The position numbers and the translations under genes are program-made. Shown here one piece after another: positions 39,658 to 47,861 of a DNA stretch of 51,069 nt (position 1 is the stretch's first letter; every line of letters starts with the position of its first letter). The notes below the pieces were generated by a model. That model was given only the letters and a program-made list of their open reading frames with translations. It was not told the DNA's origin and did no database searches. Source of the stretch: Candidatus Brocadiaceae bacterium (GTDB taxonomy: Bacteria; Planctomycetota; Brocadiia; SM23-32); the NCBI GenBank assembly GCA_003551305.1, contig PUMJ01000001.1, forward strand, positions 1 through 51,069. The letters run 5' to 3'.

Positions 39658-40637
39658 CAGGAGTCTCCCGCAAGCCGCAGTGTTTGAATGACCTTCTCCA
39701 CCACGTGCTCGGACGTCATGCGGTAGTGGTGCAGCAAGTCGTTGACGTGGCCGGTGTGGATGAAGTCCTCGGGATCGGTGCCCACCGCGGTGACCGGCAG
39801 GCCCGCGCCGACCTCGGCCAGCGCCTCGGCCACCAGCGAGTACAGGCCGCCGCTGACGCAGTGGTTCTCCAGTGTCACGATGGCCGGCACCTTCTCGGCC
39901 AGATCGTAGAGCAGTGCCCTGTCGAACGGTTTCAGCGTGGGGTGATGGTCCAGGCGGACCTTGATGCCCCGCCGGGCCAGCTTCTGCGCCGCGATCCTGG
40001 CCGTCTTGACCATGTAGCCGGTGCAGACGAGTCCCACGTCCGCCCCGTCATCAAGCACCGTCACGCCGCGCCCCAGTTCGAACTCGTAGCCGTCCCACAG
40101 CTCGTTGTCCTCCACTTCGCAGCGCACGATGCGCAGGTAAAAGGGACCGGGCGTCTGTGCCGCGCAGTGCAGGGCCTGTTCCATCTCCAGGTTGCAGCCG
40201 GGCTCGACGACCCGCAGGTTGGGGATGCGCAGCAGCAGGCCCAGCTCCTTGTCGCTCTGGTGGGTGGCGCCGGCCTTGCCGGTGAAGAGGCCGACGTAGG
40301 CGCCCAGCACCTTCACGTTCAGGTTGCTGTATGCCACGGTAATGTAGAGCTGGTCCATGTAACGGCGGCAGAACGCGTCGAAGGTGCACGGGAACGGGAT
40401 GTAACCCTCCTGGGCCAGACCGGCCGCCATGGCGACGAGGTTCTGCTCGGCGATGCCCGTCTTGACCAGCTTGTCCGGATGAAAGTGGTCGAAGATGTGC
40501 AGGCCGGTCGAGCTGCGCAGGTCGGCATCGAGGGCGACGATGTCCTCGTTCTCGTCCGCCAGGTCGGCCAGCGCGAAACCCATGCGGTAACGCATCTGGC
40601 GGGTCCTCTCTCGGTCCGGTATGACGAACTGGGCCAT
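39657..40637 (-). CDS. Transketolase-like C-terminal (pyrimidine-binding) subunit
   Basis: 'LDADL..ST', 'GIAEQN', 'GATHQ', 'YLR', 'ENH...GGL'. Start at ATG 40637 after AGGAGG. Confidence 0.88.
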   Translation of the reverse strand: MAQFVIPDRERTRQMRYRMGFALADLADENEDIVALDADLRSSTGLHIFDHFHPDKLVKTGIAEQNLVAMAAGLAQEGYIPFPCTFDAFCRRYMDQLYITVAYSNLNVKVLGAYVGLFTGKAGATHQSDKELGLLLRIPNLRVVEPGCNLEMEQALHCAAQTPGPFYLRIVRCEVEDNELWDGYEFELGRGVTVLDDGADVGLVCTGYMVKTARIAAQKLARRGIKVRLDHHPTLKPFDRALLYDLAEKVPAIVTLENHCVSGGLYSLVAEALAEVGAGLPVTAVGTDPEDFIHTGHVNDLLHHYRMTSEHVVEKVIQTLRLAGDS

Positions 40638-40651
40638 CTTCCGCCCTCCTT

Positions 40652-41701
40652 TCAGGCCTGCGCTTCGCTGATGTCGTCCGGGTTCTCGTGCGCCGGGGGC
40701 ACTATGTCGATCGCTTCGGTCAGGGCTGCCGGGAACTCGGGGGGTATGCCCAGACGACGGCCGTCGGTCAGCCAGAGTTCCTCCAGCCACTCTCCCGCCG
40801 CCTCGATGCTGCGCGGGGCGGAGGTGTGCCAGTTGGGGTTGAACTGGCACTGCCCCACCTTCTTGCCCTTGACGGTGTTGAGGATTACTGCCAGCGGTCG
40901 GCCGCGGCGCTGCTGGGGCAGGACCGTGAACAGGTCCACCAGTTCGCCCACGTCGTGCCCGTTTCTCGTCTCGTATACGTCGAGGTTGAAAGCGCCCAGC
41001 TTGTCGGCCAGGGGTTCGATGGCCATGTCCCGGCTGACGAACCCCTTGGCCTGCACCTTGTTGCTGTCTATGACGAAGACGAGGTTGTCCAGCCCGTAGT
41101 GCCCGGCCGCCATGAACGCCTCCCAGACGGCGCCCTCGTTGCACTCGCCGTCACCTATCAGCACGTAGACCATCCGGTCGTAGTGCTCGGGGCCGCGTCG
41201 GCGCATGCCCAGCGCCCTGCCGACGGCCACGCCCGGTATCTGCCCCAGGGAGCCGCCGCTTATCTCGATGCCCGGGGTCGTGTTCCAGTCCGGGTGAGAC
41301 TCCAGATGCGACTCCCACGACCCGTAGCCGCTCAGGTCCTGCATCGGGAAGTAGCCGAACATGGCCAGCACGGCGTAGAGGCCCGGACACGCGTGGCACT
41401 TCGACAGGTAGAACACGTCGCGCATCGGCCAGCGTGGTTCGCTCGGGTCGAACCGCAGGGCATAGTTGTAAAGGACGGCCAGGAACTCCGCCTCCGAGAA
41501 ACTCCCGCCCGGGTGGCCCAGCGCCGCGCACGTCATGCTGTAGACCGTATACGAGCGAATGAGATAGGCCAGCGTCTCGCAGTTCTCCAGCAAGTCAGCA
41601 TAATCTTCGTGGTGAGGAAGGCAGTCCCATCGGGGGCGCGTGTCCTCCCTGAACGGGGCCCACCAAGAGGAGAAATCCAGGGGGTCGAGTGTGGTCGTCA
41701 T
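40652..41701 (-). CDS. Transketolase-like N-terminal (ThDP-binding) subunit
   Basis: 'GHPGGS', 'LSKCHA', 'GSLGQ', ThDP motif 'GDGECNEG...DSN', 'TVKGK', 'WH'. Confidence 0.88.
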   Translation of the reverse strand: MTTTLDPLDFSSWWAPFREDTRPRWDCLPHHEDYADLLENCETLAYLIRSYTVYSMTCAALGHPGGSFSEAEFLAVLYNYALRFDPSEPRWPMRDVFYLSKCHACPGLYAVLAMFGYFPMQDLSGYGSWESHLESHPDWNTTPGIEISGGSLGQIPGVAVGRALGMRRRGPEHYDRMVYVLIGDGECNEGAVWEAFMAAGHYGLDNLVFVIDSNKVQAKGFVSRDMAIEPLADKLGAFNLDVYETRNGHDVGELVDLFTVLPQQRRGRPLAVILNTVKGKKVGQCQFNPNWHTSAPRSIEAAGEWLEELWLTDGRRLGIPPEFPAALTEAIDIVPPAHENPDDISEAQA

Positions 41702-43032
41702 CAGGTCTGTTTCGCTCCCGCATCCAGTGTCTCGTAAACGTCCACCAGCGCGCGGTCGTCACCCACGTTGCCGGGAAAGATGACGCAGGGCATCCCCTCG
41801 AAGCGGTTGCCCTCGGGTGCGGCGACGACGGGAACTCCGGGCAGTATCTGGCCCAGCACCTCGGTCTTCGCTACCTGCAGGCCCTGCATCAATACGTCAT
41901 GGGACGTGATGCCGCCCTTGGCCGCCACGTACGGCAGCGGCCCGCCGGGCTGACGCACCAGGGAAGCCAGGAAGGCCGATATGCGCTGGCCGGCCTCGAG
42001 GCGCTCCTTTTTCGAGTCGAACGTCAACTCCTCCCGGGACGTGTAGACGACGGGCGTGCGCCCGGCTGCCCACGCCTGCTGCATCTGCTGCGCGGTGGTG
42101 CGCAGCGCGGAGTCGCCGGCTTCCAGCACGCGGCGCACGTCCGCTTCGATGCCCTCCACGCCCGGGCGCTGCATCAGCTCGTTCAACTGGTCGGTGGTGC
42201 GCTGCACGTGGGAGCCCACCACGAACAGGCCGTTGCCGGGATGGTGTACGACCTCTCCGCCCAGCAGCGGCTTGTCCGGCACGCCGGCCAGGGTCTTCAC
42301 AACCGAGGCAGCGCTCTGGAAGGCGAACCGCTTGCCCTCGGCCGCTACGGCCAGAAGCGCCCGGGAGAACCTCTCGAGGTCGTCGTAGCTTTCCGCGTTG
42401 ACCACCACGAACCGGCCGCCGGACAGGCCGCGCAGGAAGACGCCCAGATCCGTCGCCTTCCCGCGCAGCAGGTCCAGCGATATGCTCAGGACGCTCTCCG
42501 GCGGCACGCGCCCTTCCGTCTTCTCCGCGATGTAGGACGGCAGGTGCGAGGTGCCGTAGCCGAAAACTGAGTCGCGCGCGTACTCGGTGCGGTCGGCCGG
42601 TGTGCGCACCCCGCCTTCTTCCACGTAGTGTGTGTCGCCGACGGTCAGCCGCCCCCCCTCGAAGAACGCGGGCACCATGAAGACGGCGTCCAGGGGGCGC
42701 CCCTCCTCGGCCTCGACAGCCCGCCGGATGACGTCAATCTCGGCGGGGAAGTGCGAGCGCAGGGTCGAGTCCGAACGACTCACGAAAATGAGCGAGCGGC
42801 CGTATTCACGGTTGAGTTCGAGCACGTTGCGGACGACTTCGCCCACGATGCTCCGGGCCCGGGCCCGGTCGTAGGCGCGGGTGTTCGTCAGGACGTAGAA
42901 AAAGCCCGCGTTGTGCGCAAAGCCCTCTCGCAGCGTATCGGGCTCCCATCGCGTGAACAACAGGCACCCGTGGACCGTCTGTATCCCGGTCGGGTCGTCG
43001 TCCAGCACCACCAGTTGAACGCGTCCATCCAT
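41701..43032 (-). CDS. Four-carbon acid sugar kinase family protein (DUF1537)
   Basis: 'VLDDDPTG.QT', 'TNTR', 'SRSDSTLRSH', 'GSHV..TT.QL', 'KGGITS', 'FPGNVG'. Confidence 0.9.
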   Translation of the reverse strand: MDGRVQLVVLDDDPTGIQTVHGCLLFTRWEPDTLREGFAHNAGFFYVLTNTRAYDRARARSIVGEVVRNVLELNREYGRSLIFVSRSDSTLRSHFPAEIDVIRRAVEAEEGRPLDAVFMVPAFFEGGRLTVGDTHYVEEGGVRTPADRTEYARDSVFGYGTSHLPSYIAEKTEGRVPPESVLSISLDLLRGKATDLGVFLRGLSGGRFVVVNAESYDDLERFSRALLAVAAEGKRFAFQSAASVVKTLAGVPDKPLLGGEVVHHPGNGLFVVGSHVQRTTDQLNELMQRPGVEGIEADVRRVLEAGDSALRTTAQQMQQAWAAGRTPVVYTSREELTFDSKKERLEAGQRISAFLASLVRQPGGPLPYVAAKGGITSHDVLMQGLQVAKTEVLGQILPGVPVVAAPEGNRFEGMPCVIFPGNVGDDRALVDVYETLDAGAKQT

Positions 43033-43089
43033 GTGCGATCAACTCCCCTGGCTTGCGTCTTCCTGCTGGCAGGCAGGCTCGGAGAAAGG

Positions 43090-43161
43090 ATGATACTATC
43101 GCAGGCCACACCCTTCAAAGGGGCGGTGTCGGTTGACAGGCTTCTTCCTCCCGGCCACAAT
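43090..43161. promoter_or_regulatory. Back-to-back divergent sigma70 promoters
   Basis: Minus strand TTGAAG-N17-TATCAT (43090-43118). Plus strand TTGACA-N17-CACAAT (43133-43161). Confidence 0.6.
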
Positions 43162-43171
43162 CACCCTCAAT

Positions 43172-44548
43172 ATGAAGACCCTGGCACTCATAACCGTCGC
43201 CTCGTTCCTGTTCCTCTCCTTCGGCAGCGCAGGCGCCATGACCGACGAGACCACGCAAGCGATAGACATCTGGCCGGAGGATCACCGCTACTGGCAGTAC
43301 CGGGGCGAGCCCGTGATGCTGCTGGGCGGGTCCGTGGAGGATAACCTCTACCAGATCCCCGACCTGGAGGAACACCTGGACACGCTGGCGGCGGCGGGCG
43401 GTAACTACGTCCGGTGCGTCATGTCCTGCCGGGACGAGGGCAACGTCTGGCCGTTCGCAAGGGATGGCGACCTCTACGACCTGGAACGCTGGAACGAGGA
43501 GCACTGGCGCCGCTTCGCCACCTGCCTGGAGGAGACAGAGAAGCGCGGCATCATCGTGCAGATCGAGGTCTGGGCCACGTTCGACTTCTACCGCGGCAAC
43601 TGGGCGCGCAACCCTTTCAACCCCGTCAACAACGTCAACTACACCGCCGAGGAGACCGGCCTGCCGACCGTCGTGGACAGCCATCCCGTCAGGACCGAGA
43701 ACAACTTCTTCTGGTCCGTGCCCGCCGAGAAAAACGTCGAGACCGTGCTGAAATACCAGCGCCGCTTCGTGGACAAGCTCCTCTCCTATTCGCTCCAGCA
43801 CGACAACGTCCTTTACTGCATGGACAATGAGACATCCGTGACGCCGGAGTGGGGCTGGTACTGGGCCCGGCACATTCGGCGCGCCGCCGAGGAGGCCGGC
43901 AAGAAAGTCCATACCACCGAGATGTGGGACCCCCACAACCTGCGCCACGAGATGCACAGCTACACCTTCGACCACCCGGAGCTTTTCACGTTCTGCGACA
44001 TCTCACAGAACAACCACCAGACCGGCCAGACCCACTACGACAACGCCCTCTGGGCGCGGGAGCGCACCTCCGACCCCGCCCGGCCGCTCAACACGGTGAA
44101 GACGTACGGCGGCGAGGGCCCCCACGGCTCCGTGTACAACGGAGTCGAGCGGTTCTGGCGGCACGTGTTCGCGGGCATTGCGGCGGCACGCTTCCACCGT
44201 CCGCCTTCCGGCATCGGCCTGAACGAGCTGGCGCAGAAGATGATCCGCGGCGCGCGCGAGGTCACGGACGCCGTCGAGGTCTGGCGCTGCGAGCCAGCGC
44301 CCCAAATGCTGAGTGATCGGGAGGAGAACGAGGCATACTGCATCGCCGACCCCGGCCGGGCCTACGCGGTCTACTTCCCCGACGGCGGCCGTGTGACGCT
44401 TGACCTGTTGGACGCTAAAGGTGAGCTGGCTCTCAGGTGGTATGACATAGACGGTGGAGCCTGGGGCGCCACCGAGGAGCTGACAGGCGGACAGGCGGTC
44501 CCCCTCGCGCCGCCCTCGGGCGGCCGGTGGGCCGCCGTCATTAAATAG
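43172..44548 (+). CDS. Secreted glycoside-hydrolase-like protein with C-terminal putative collagen-binding-type beta domain
   Basis: Signal peptide 'MKTLALI..AGA', 'GGNYVR', 'MDNET' (clan-A-like NE) and C-terminal 'YAVYFPDGG....L...WYD...G.W'. Confidence 0.7.
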   Translation: MKTLALITVASFLFLSFGSAGAMTDETTQAIDIWPEDHRYWQYRGEPVMLLGGSVEDNLYQIPDLEEHLDTLAAAGGNYVRCVMSCRDEGNVWPFARDGDLYDLERWNEEHWRRFATCLEETEKRGIIVQIEVWATFDFYRGNWARNPFNPVNNVNYTAEETGLPTVVDSHPVRTENNFFWSVPAEKNVETVLKYQRRFVDKLLSYSLQHDNVLYCMDNETSVTPEWGWYWARHIRRAAEEAGKKVHTTEMWDPHNLRHEMHSYTFDHPELFTFCDISQNNHQTGQTHYDNALWARERTSDPARPLNTVKTYGGEGPHGSVYNGVERFWRHVFAGIAAARFHRPPSGIGLNELAQKMIRGAREVTDAVEVWRCEPAPQMLSDREENEAYCIADPGRAYAVYFPDGGRVTLDLLDAKGELALRWYDIDGGAWGATEELTGGQAVPLAPPSGGRWAAVIK

Positions 44549-44566
44549 AAACCCCCGCTCGGGCTC

Positions 44567-45931
44567 TCAGAGCCCGCCCAGCGCCTGCAGGTTGTAACCC
44601 ACGAGGGTGAGGCGGCGGTTCGCCGCGTAGAGCGGGTGCTCGTAGCGTTTCAGGGCGCCTTCTTCGTCTTGCGCCTCAGCATCGGCTAAGACGCAGACCG
44701 TCCCGTCGGGCCGGTAGACCAGCGCCTGCTCGCCGGGATGGTCCATGAACCTGCCGACCATGGCGACCTGTCCTTTCACCGTGCCGAGGAAGCTGCCTCG
44801 CCGGTCGAGCACCTCCCCGCCCCCGCCGGCCGCGCCGCGGACCAGCTCGTGGTAGCCGTCACCGTCGAGGTCAACGGGCAGCGTCCCGTACGTGCTGAAC
44901 GGGAGTTCCAGCGGCTCACCGGTTAGCGCGTCGAAGGCGAACTCCTCGATGCCCTCACGGGCAAACCCGTGCGGCCCGGCGGTCTTGTGACCGATGCGGA
45001 TGGCCATGGCCACGGGTCGGCGCTCCTCCCCCAGCCGCGCCACCCATCCCATGTCCATGTGCCCTTCTTCGACAGCCCCCCACACCCTCCGGCCGCTGTC
45101 ATCGAAAAGCGCCACGCGGGGCGAGACATCACCGTCGCCCTCGCGGCAGGTGTAGAGGTACCACCGGCCGCTGTCCCGGTCGAACACGGGCTGGACCACG
45201 TCGGAATGCCCGCTGTAGCTCTCCCGTTCGGCGCAGAAGCGCTCCTTGCCGGTATCAAGCTCGATGCAATGCTCGCCCCACATCACCTCCTGTCGTCCGT
45301 CGCCGTCCAGGTCCGTCACCGGGCACATGTGGCTGCCCTGCGCGCCCGGTTCATCGTGACGGATGACCGTCTCCCAGCGTGGCTCGGGGCCGGGGTCCCA
45401 CCCCTGCAGGAACATGTCGCGGTAGGTGCCCTGCCCTGTGAGCAGCACCGGCTGCCCGTGGACATGACCGCCCAGGATGAAGTTGCGGAACATGTTGCTG
45501 ATGTTCTGGTTGGTGTCGCAGGCGGGCCACGGCCACCGTCCCGTCGTCTCGCCCGTGGCGGCGTCGAGGCGCTCCAGGCGGTAGTTGCTCACGCCCAGCG
45601 GGTGGTCCGGGTCCATGTTGTTGACGAACCATATCTCGTCAGCGCCGTCCCCGTCGAGGTCGAACGGGAAGACAGGACAGAACCACATGCCCGGCACGAC
45701 GCCAGGCCCCAGGTCCCGCTGCCACAGGATATCTCCCTCGCGGCTCATCACGGAGAGCTTCAGCGTGTCCGTGGGGAAGAAGAACATTTCGTGGTAGGGG
45801 TCCACCTCCTGGCAAGCGGACCACTTCAGGAGGATGGCCTCCTCATGCGGCCCGAGGGCGACGGGCGCCGCCCCGAGCTGGCCGAGTTCGGAGTTCAGCG
45901 AGGTCCGCAGCAGTTCGGTCAGTTCCATCAC
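44567..45931 (-). CDS. FG-GAP/Ca-binding repeat beta-propeller protein (PL11 rhamnogalacturonan-lyase-like)
   Basis: Three 'DLDGDGxxE' motifs, 'GSH', 'GHSD' and 'GHMD' His motifs. Confidence 0.6.
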   Translation of the reverse strand: MMELTELLRTSLNSELGQLGAAPVALGPHEEAILLKWSACQEVDPYHEMFFFPTDTLKLSVMSREGDILWQRDLGPGVVPGMWFCPVFPFDLDGDGADEIWFVNNMDPDHPLGVSNYRLERLDAATGETTGRWPWPACDTNQNISNMFRNFILGGHVHGQPVLLTGQGTYRDMFLQGWDPGPEPRWETVIRHDEPGAQGSHMCPVTDLDGDGRQEVMWGEHCIELDTGKERFCAERESYSGHSDVVQPVFDRDSGRWYLYTCREGDGDVSPRVALFDDSGRRVWGAVEEGHMDMGWVARLGEERRPVAMAIRIGHKTAGPHGFAREGIEEFAFDALTGEPLELPFSTYGTLPVDLDGDGYHELVRGAAGGGGEVLDRRGSFLGTVKGQVAMVGRFMDHPGEQALVYRPDGTVCVLADAEAQDEEGALKRYEHPLYAANRRLTLVGYNLQALGGL

Positions 45932-45954
45932 GTCCTCCTCCCACGGTGTTTGCT

Positions 45955-46347
45955 ACCACGACGACCACTACGGCCCCGTCGGCGGCGCAGCTCACGACGG
46001 ACGACGCGACGACCAGAACGATGCGAGTCTGTCCTTGTTGCCGTTCCCGCAGGCAGTCGGCAAGCGCCGCGTCCTCTGCGGTGAATGTCGTTCCGTAGCG
46101 TGCGAGGACGACGACGAGGACGATCCCCCGCGGCCAGCCGTGTGTGGCACAGCCGCCCGGTTCGGCTGAGCTCACGGCCGAAGCCCCGGCTGTGGAAGCC
46201 ACCGCAATCGGGCTGTTGCCTGCCGCCACGCCCGAGGACATTAGCATGGCGCAAGCCCTTTCCCCTCTCCCCGCCGTTCCTCCGTGTCCTCCGTGCCCTC
46301 CGTGTTTAGCCTTCGCCGTCACGTTGTGCTCGTAGTGCCGTCGTGGT
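45955..46347. repeat. Composite intergenic repeat element with imperfect terminal inverted repeats
   Basis: ACCACGACGACCACTACG (45955-45972) vs CGTAGTGCCGTCGTGGT (46331-46347), nested hairpin at 46148-46194, and CCTCCGTG x3 with a 9-nt period (46279-46304). Confidence 0.55.
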
Positions 46348-46375
46348 TAGCTCTCGCCCTCCGGTCGGCGCCCGT

Positions 46376-47755
46376 TCAGATGTCCCAGCCGGGGAGCAGG
46401 TCAGCCGTGGCCTCCAGCATCTCGTCCAGCATGTGCCACGCGGCATCGGGGCCGATGTGCACCAGGGGGTCGTGCAGCAGCGCCTGGAAGGCCAGGTCCC
46501 TGTCACGTTCCAGGGCCGCCCGCAGAGTAAGCTGGTGGACCTCCACGATGTGCCGCTGCATCGCCAGCGCCATCGCCGGCAGCCGTGGCTCGACGATGGG
46601 GTCCAGCTTGTCCTGCCGGAAGCGGACGTTCGACTCGATGATCGCACCGCGCGGCAGGCCCGGGGTCTGGCCCTCGTTGGGGATGTTCGTGCTCGTGTCC
46701 AGGTCGCCCAGGCCGAACAGGGCCAGCATCTGCTCCAGGTTCTCGCCGCCGGAGGGCTCGAGTTCCTCGGGCGCCTCGAGTTGCCTGTCCTCCCGGCGTT
46801 GGGCCGCCTGCTCGAGGCGGTACTTCGACGGGGTGCGGACCACGCCCCAGCGGTGCAGTTCCTGCTCATCGGTCATGTACCACGGCACAAACTCCACAAG
46901 GTGCCTGTCCCCCGCCGCGCCGAGCACGCCGAACCGGCGCAGGAAGTCGTAAGCCACCAGCAGGTCGTACTCGAACCACCACCCTTCTTCGAGCCGCTCT
47001 CGGGCCGCATCGGTGCGGTCCGCGAAGAAGCCCTCCTCTTCAATGCGCTCCTCCAGCAGCGGCCACAGGTCGTGCCCGTTCCACCAGGCGGACGTGGCCA
47101 TGGTGAAATGATTCACACCGGTGACCTCGACCCGGATGTCCTGCCGGGGCACTGACTCGACGCCGAAGTGCTCCTCGACCAGCCCGGCCAGGTGCCGCTG
47201 GGTGTGGAAGACCTCGTGGCAGTAGCCGAACGCCTTGATGTCCGGCTCGGCGGCATAGAGCGCGGCCACGCAGGTGGCCATAGGGTTGGTGCAGTTCATC
47301 ACCCACGCGTCCGGGCAGTGCTCCATCACCGCGTGGGCGAAGCCGGTGTAGATGGGCACGGTGCGCAGGGAGCGCACGAGGCCCGCCGGCCCGGCGGTGT
47401 CGCCCACGGTGTGCAGGATGCCGTACTTGGCCGGGATGTCTATGTCGCCGGCCATCATTGTGATGGGTCCGGGCTGGATGGCCATCATCACGAAGTCGGC
47501 CCCGTCCAGGGCCGGCCCGATCTTGCGATGGGCGCTCACCGAGAACTCGGTCACGGCGTCGGGGTGGGCGAAGATCGCCTCCCCGCGCTGAACGTTCTCC
47601 CTGGAAGCGCAGTAGTTGATGTCGTAGAGCGAGATGTGCCCCTTCACCCGCGGGCAGAGCGCCAAATCGCGCATCATGCCCGGCACCCAGGCGCGGCTGC
47701 CCCCGCCGATGAACGTTATCTTGACCTCCAGTGCCTGCTCGGACCTGGCGACCAT
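46376..47755 (-). CDS. Family 4 glycoside hydrolase, probable alpha-galacturonidase (LplD-type)
   Basis: 'FIGGGS', 'GDTAGPAG', 'TNPM', the specificity motif 'CHEV', and 'GVNHF'. Confidence 0.85.
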   Translation of the reverse strand: MVARSEQALEVKITFIGGGSRAWVPGMMRDLALCPRVKGHISLYDINYCASRENVQRGEAIFAHPDAVTEFSVSAHRKIGPALDGADFVMMAIQPGPITMMAGDIDIPAKYGILHTVGDTAGPAGLVRSLRTVPIYTGFAHAVMEHCPDAWVMNCTNPMATCVAALYAAEPDIKAFGYCHEVFHTQRHLAGLVEEHFGVESVPRQDIRVEVTGVNHFTMATSAWWNGHDLWPLLEERIEEEGFFADRTDAARERLEEGWWFEYDLLVAYDFLRRFGVLGAAGDRHLVEFVPWYMTDEQELHRWGVVRTPSKYRLEQAAQRREDRQLEAPEELEPSGGENLEQMLALFGLGDLDTSTNIPNEGQTPGLPRGAIIESNVRFRQDKLDPIVEPRLPAMALAMQRHIVEVHQLTLRAALERDRDLAFQALLHDPLVHIGPDAAWHMLDEMLEATADLLPGWDI

Positions 47756-47800
47756 GGGAACGATCCTCCTGTGCTGTGCTGCGGCCCGGGTGGAGAGGAG

Positions 47801-47829
47801 ATGATAGCCCCTGGGCCCATCGGTGGCAA
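47801..47829 (-). promoter_or_regulatory. Sigma70 promoter of the GH4 gene
   Basis: Minus strand TTGCCA-N17-TATCAT. Confidence 0.55.
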
Positions 47830-47861
47830 AGCGAAGGCCGCTTCGGGGTGGAGCCTTGCCG

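Noticed and set aside
45843-46335. Short ORFs or a CRISPR array in the repeat-rich spacer
   Set aside because: The translations are low-complexity products of the repeats. There are no regularly spaced identical repeats with unique spacers and no cas genes.
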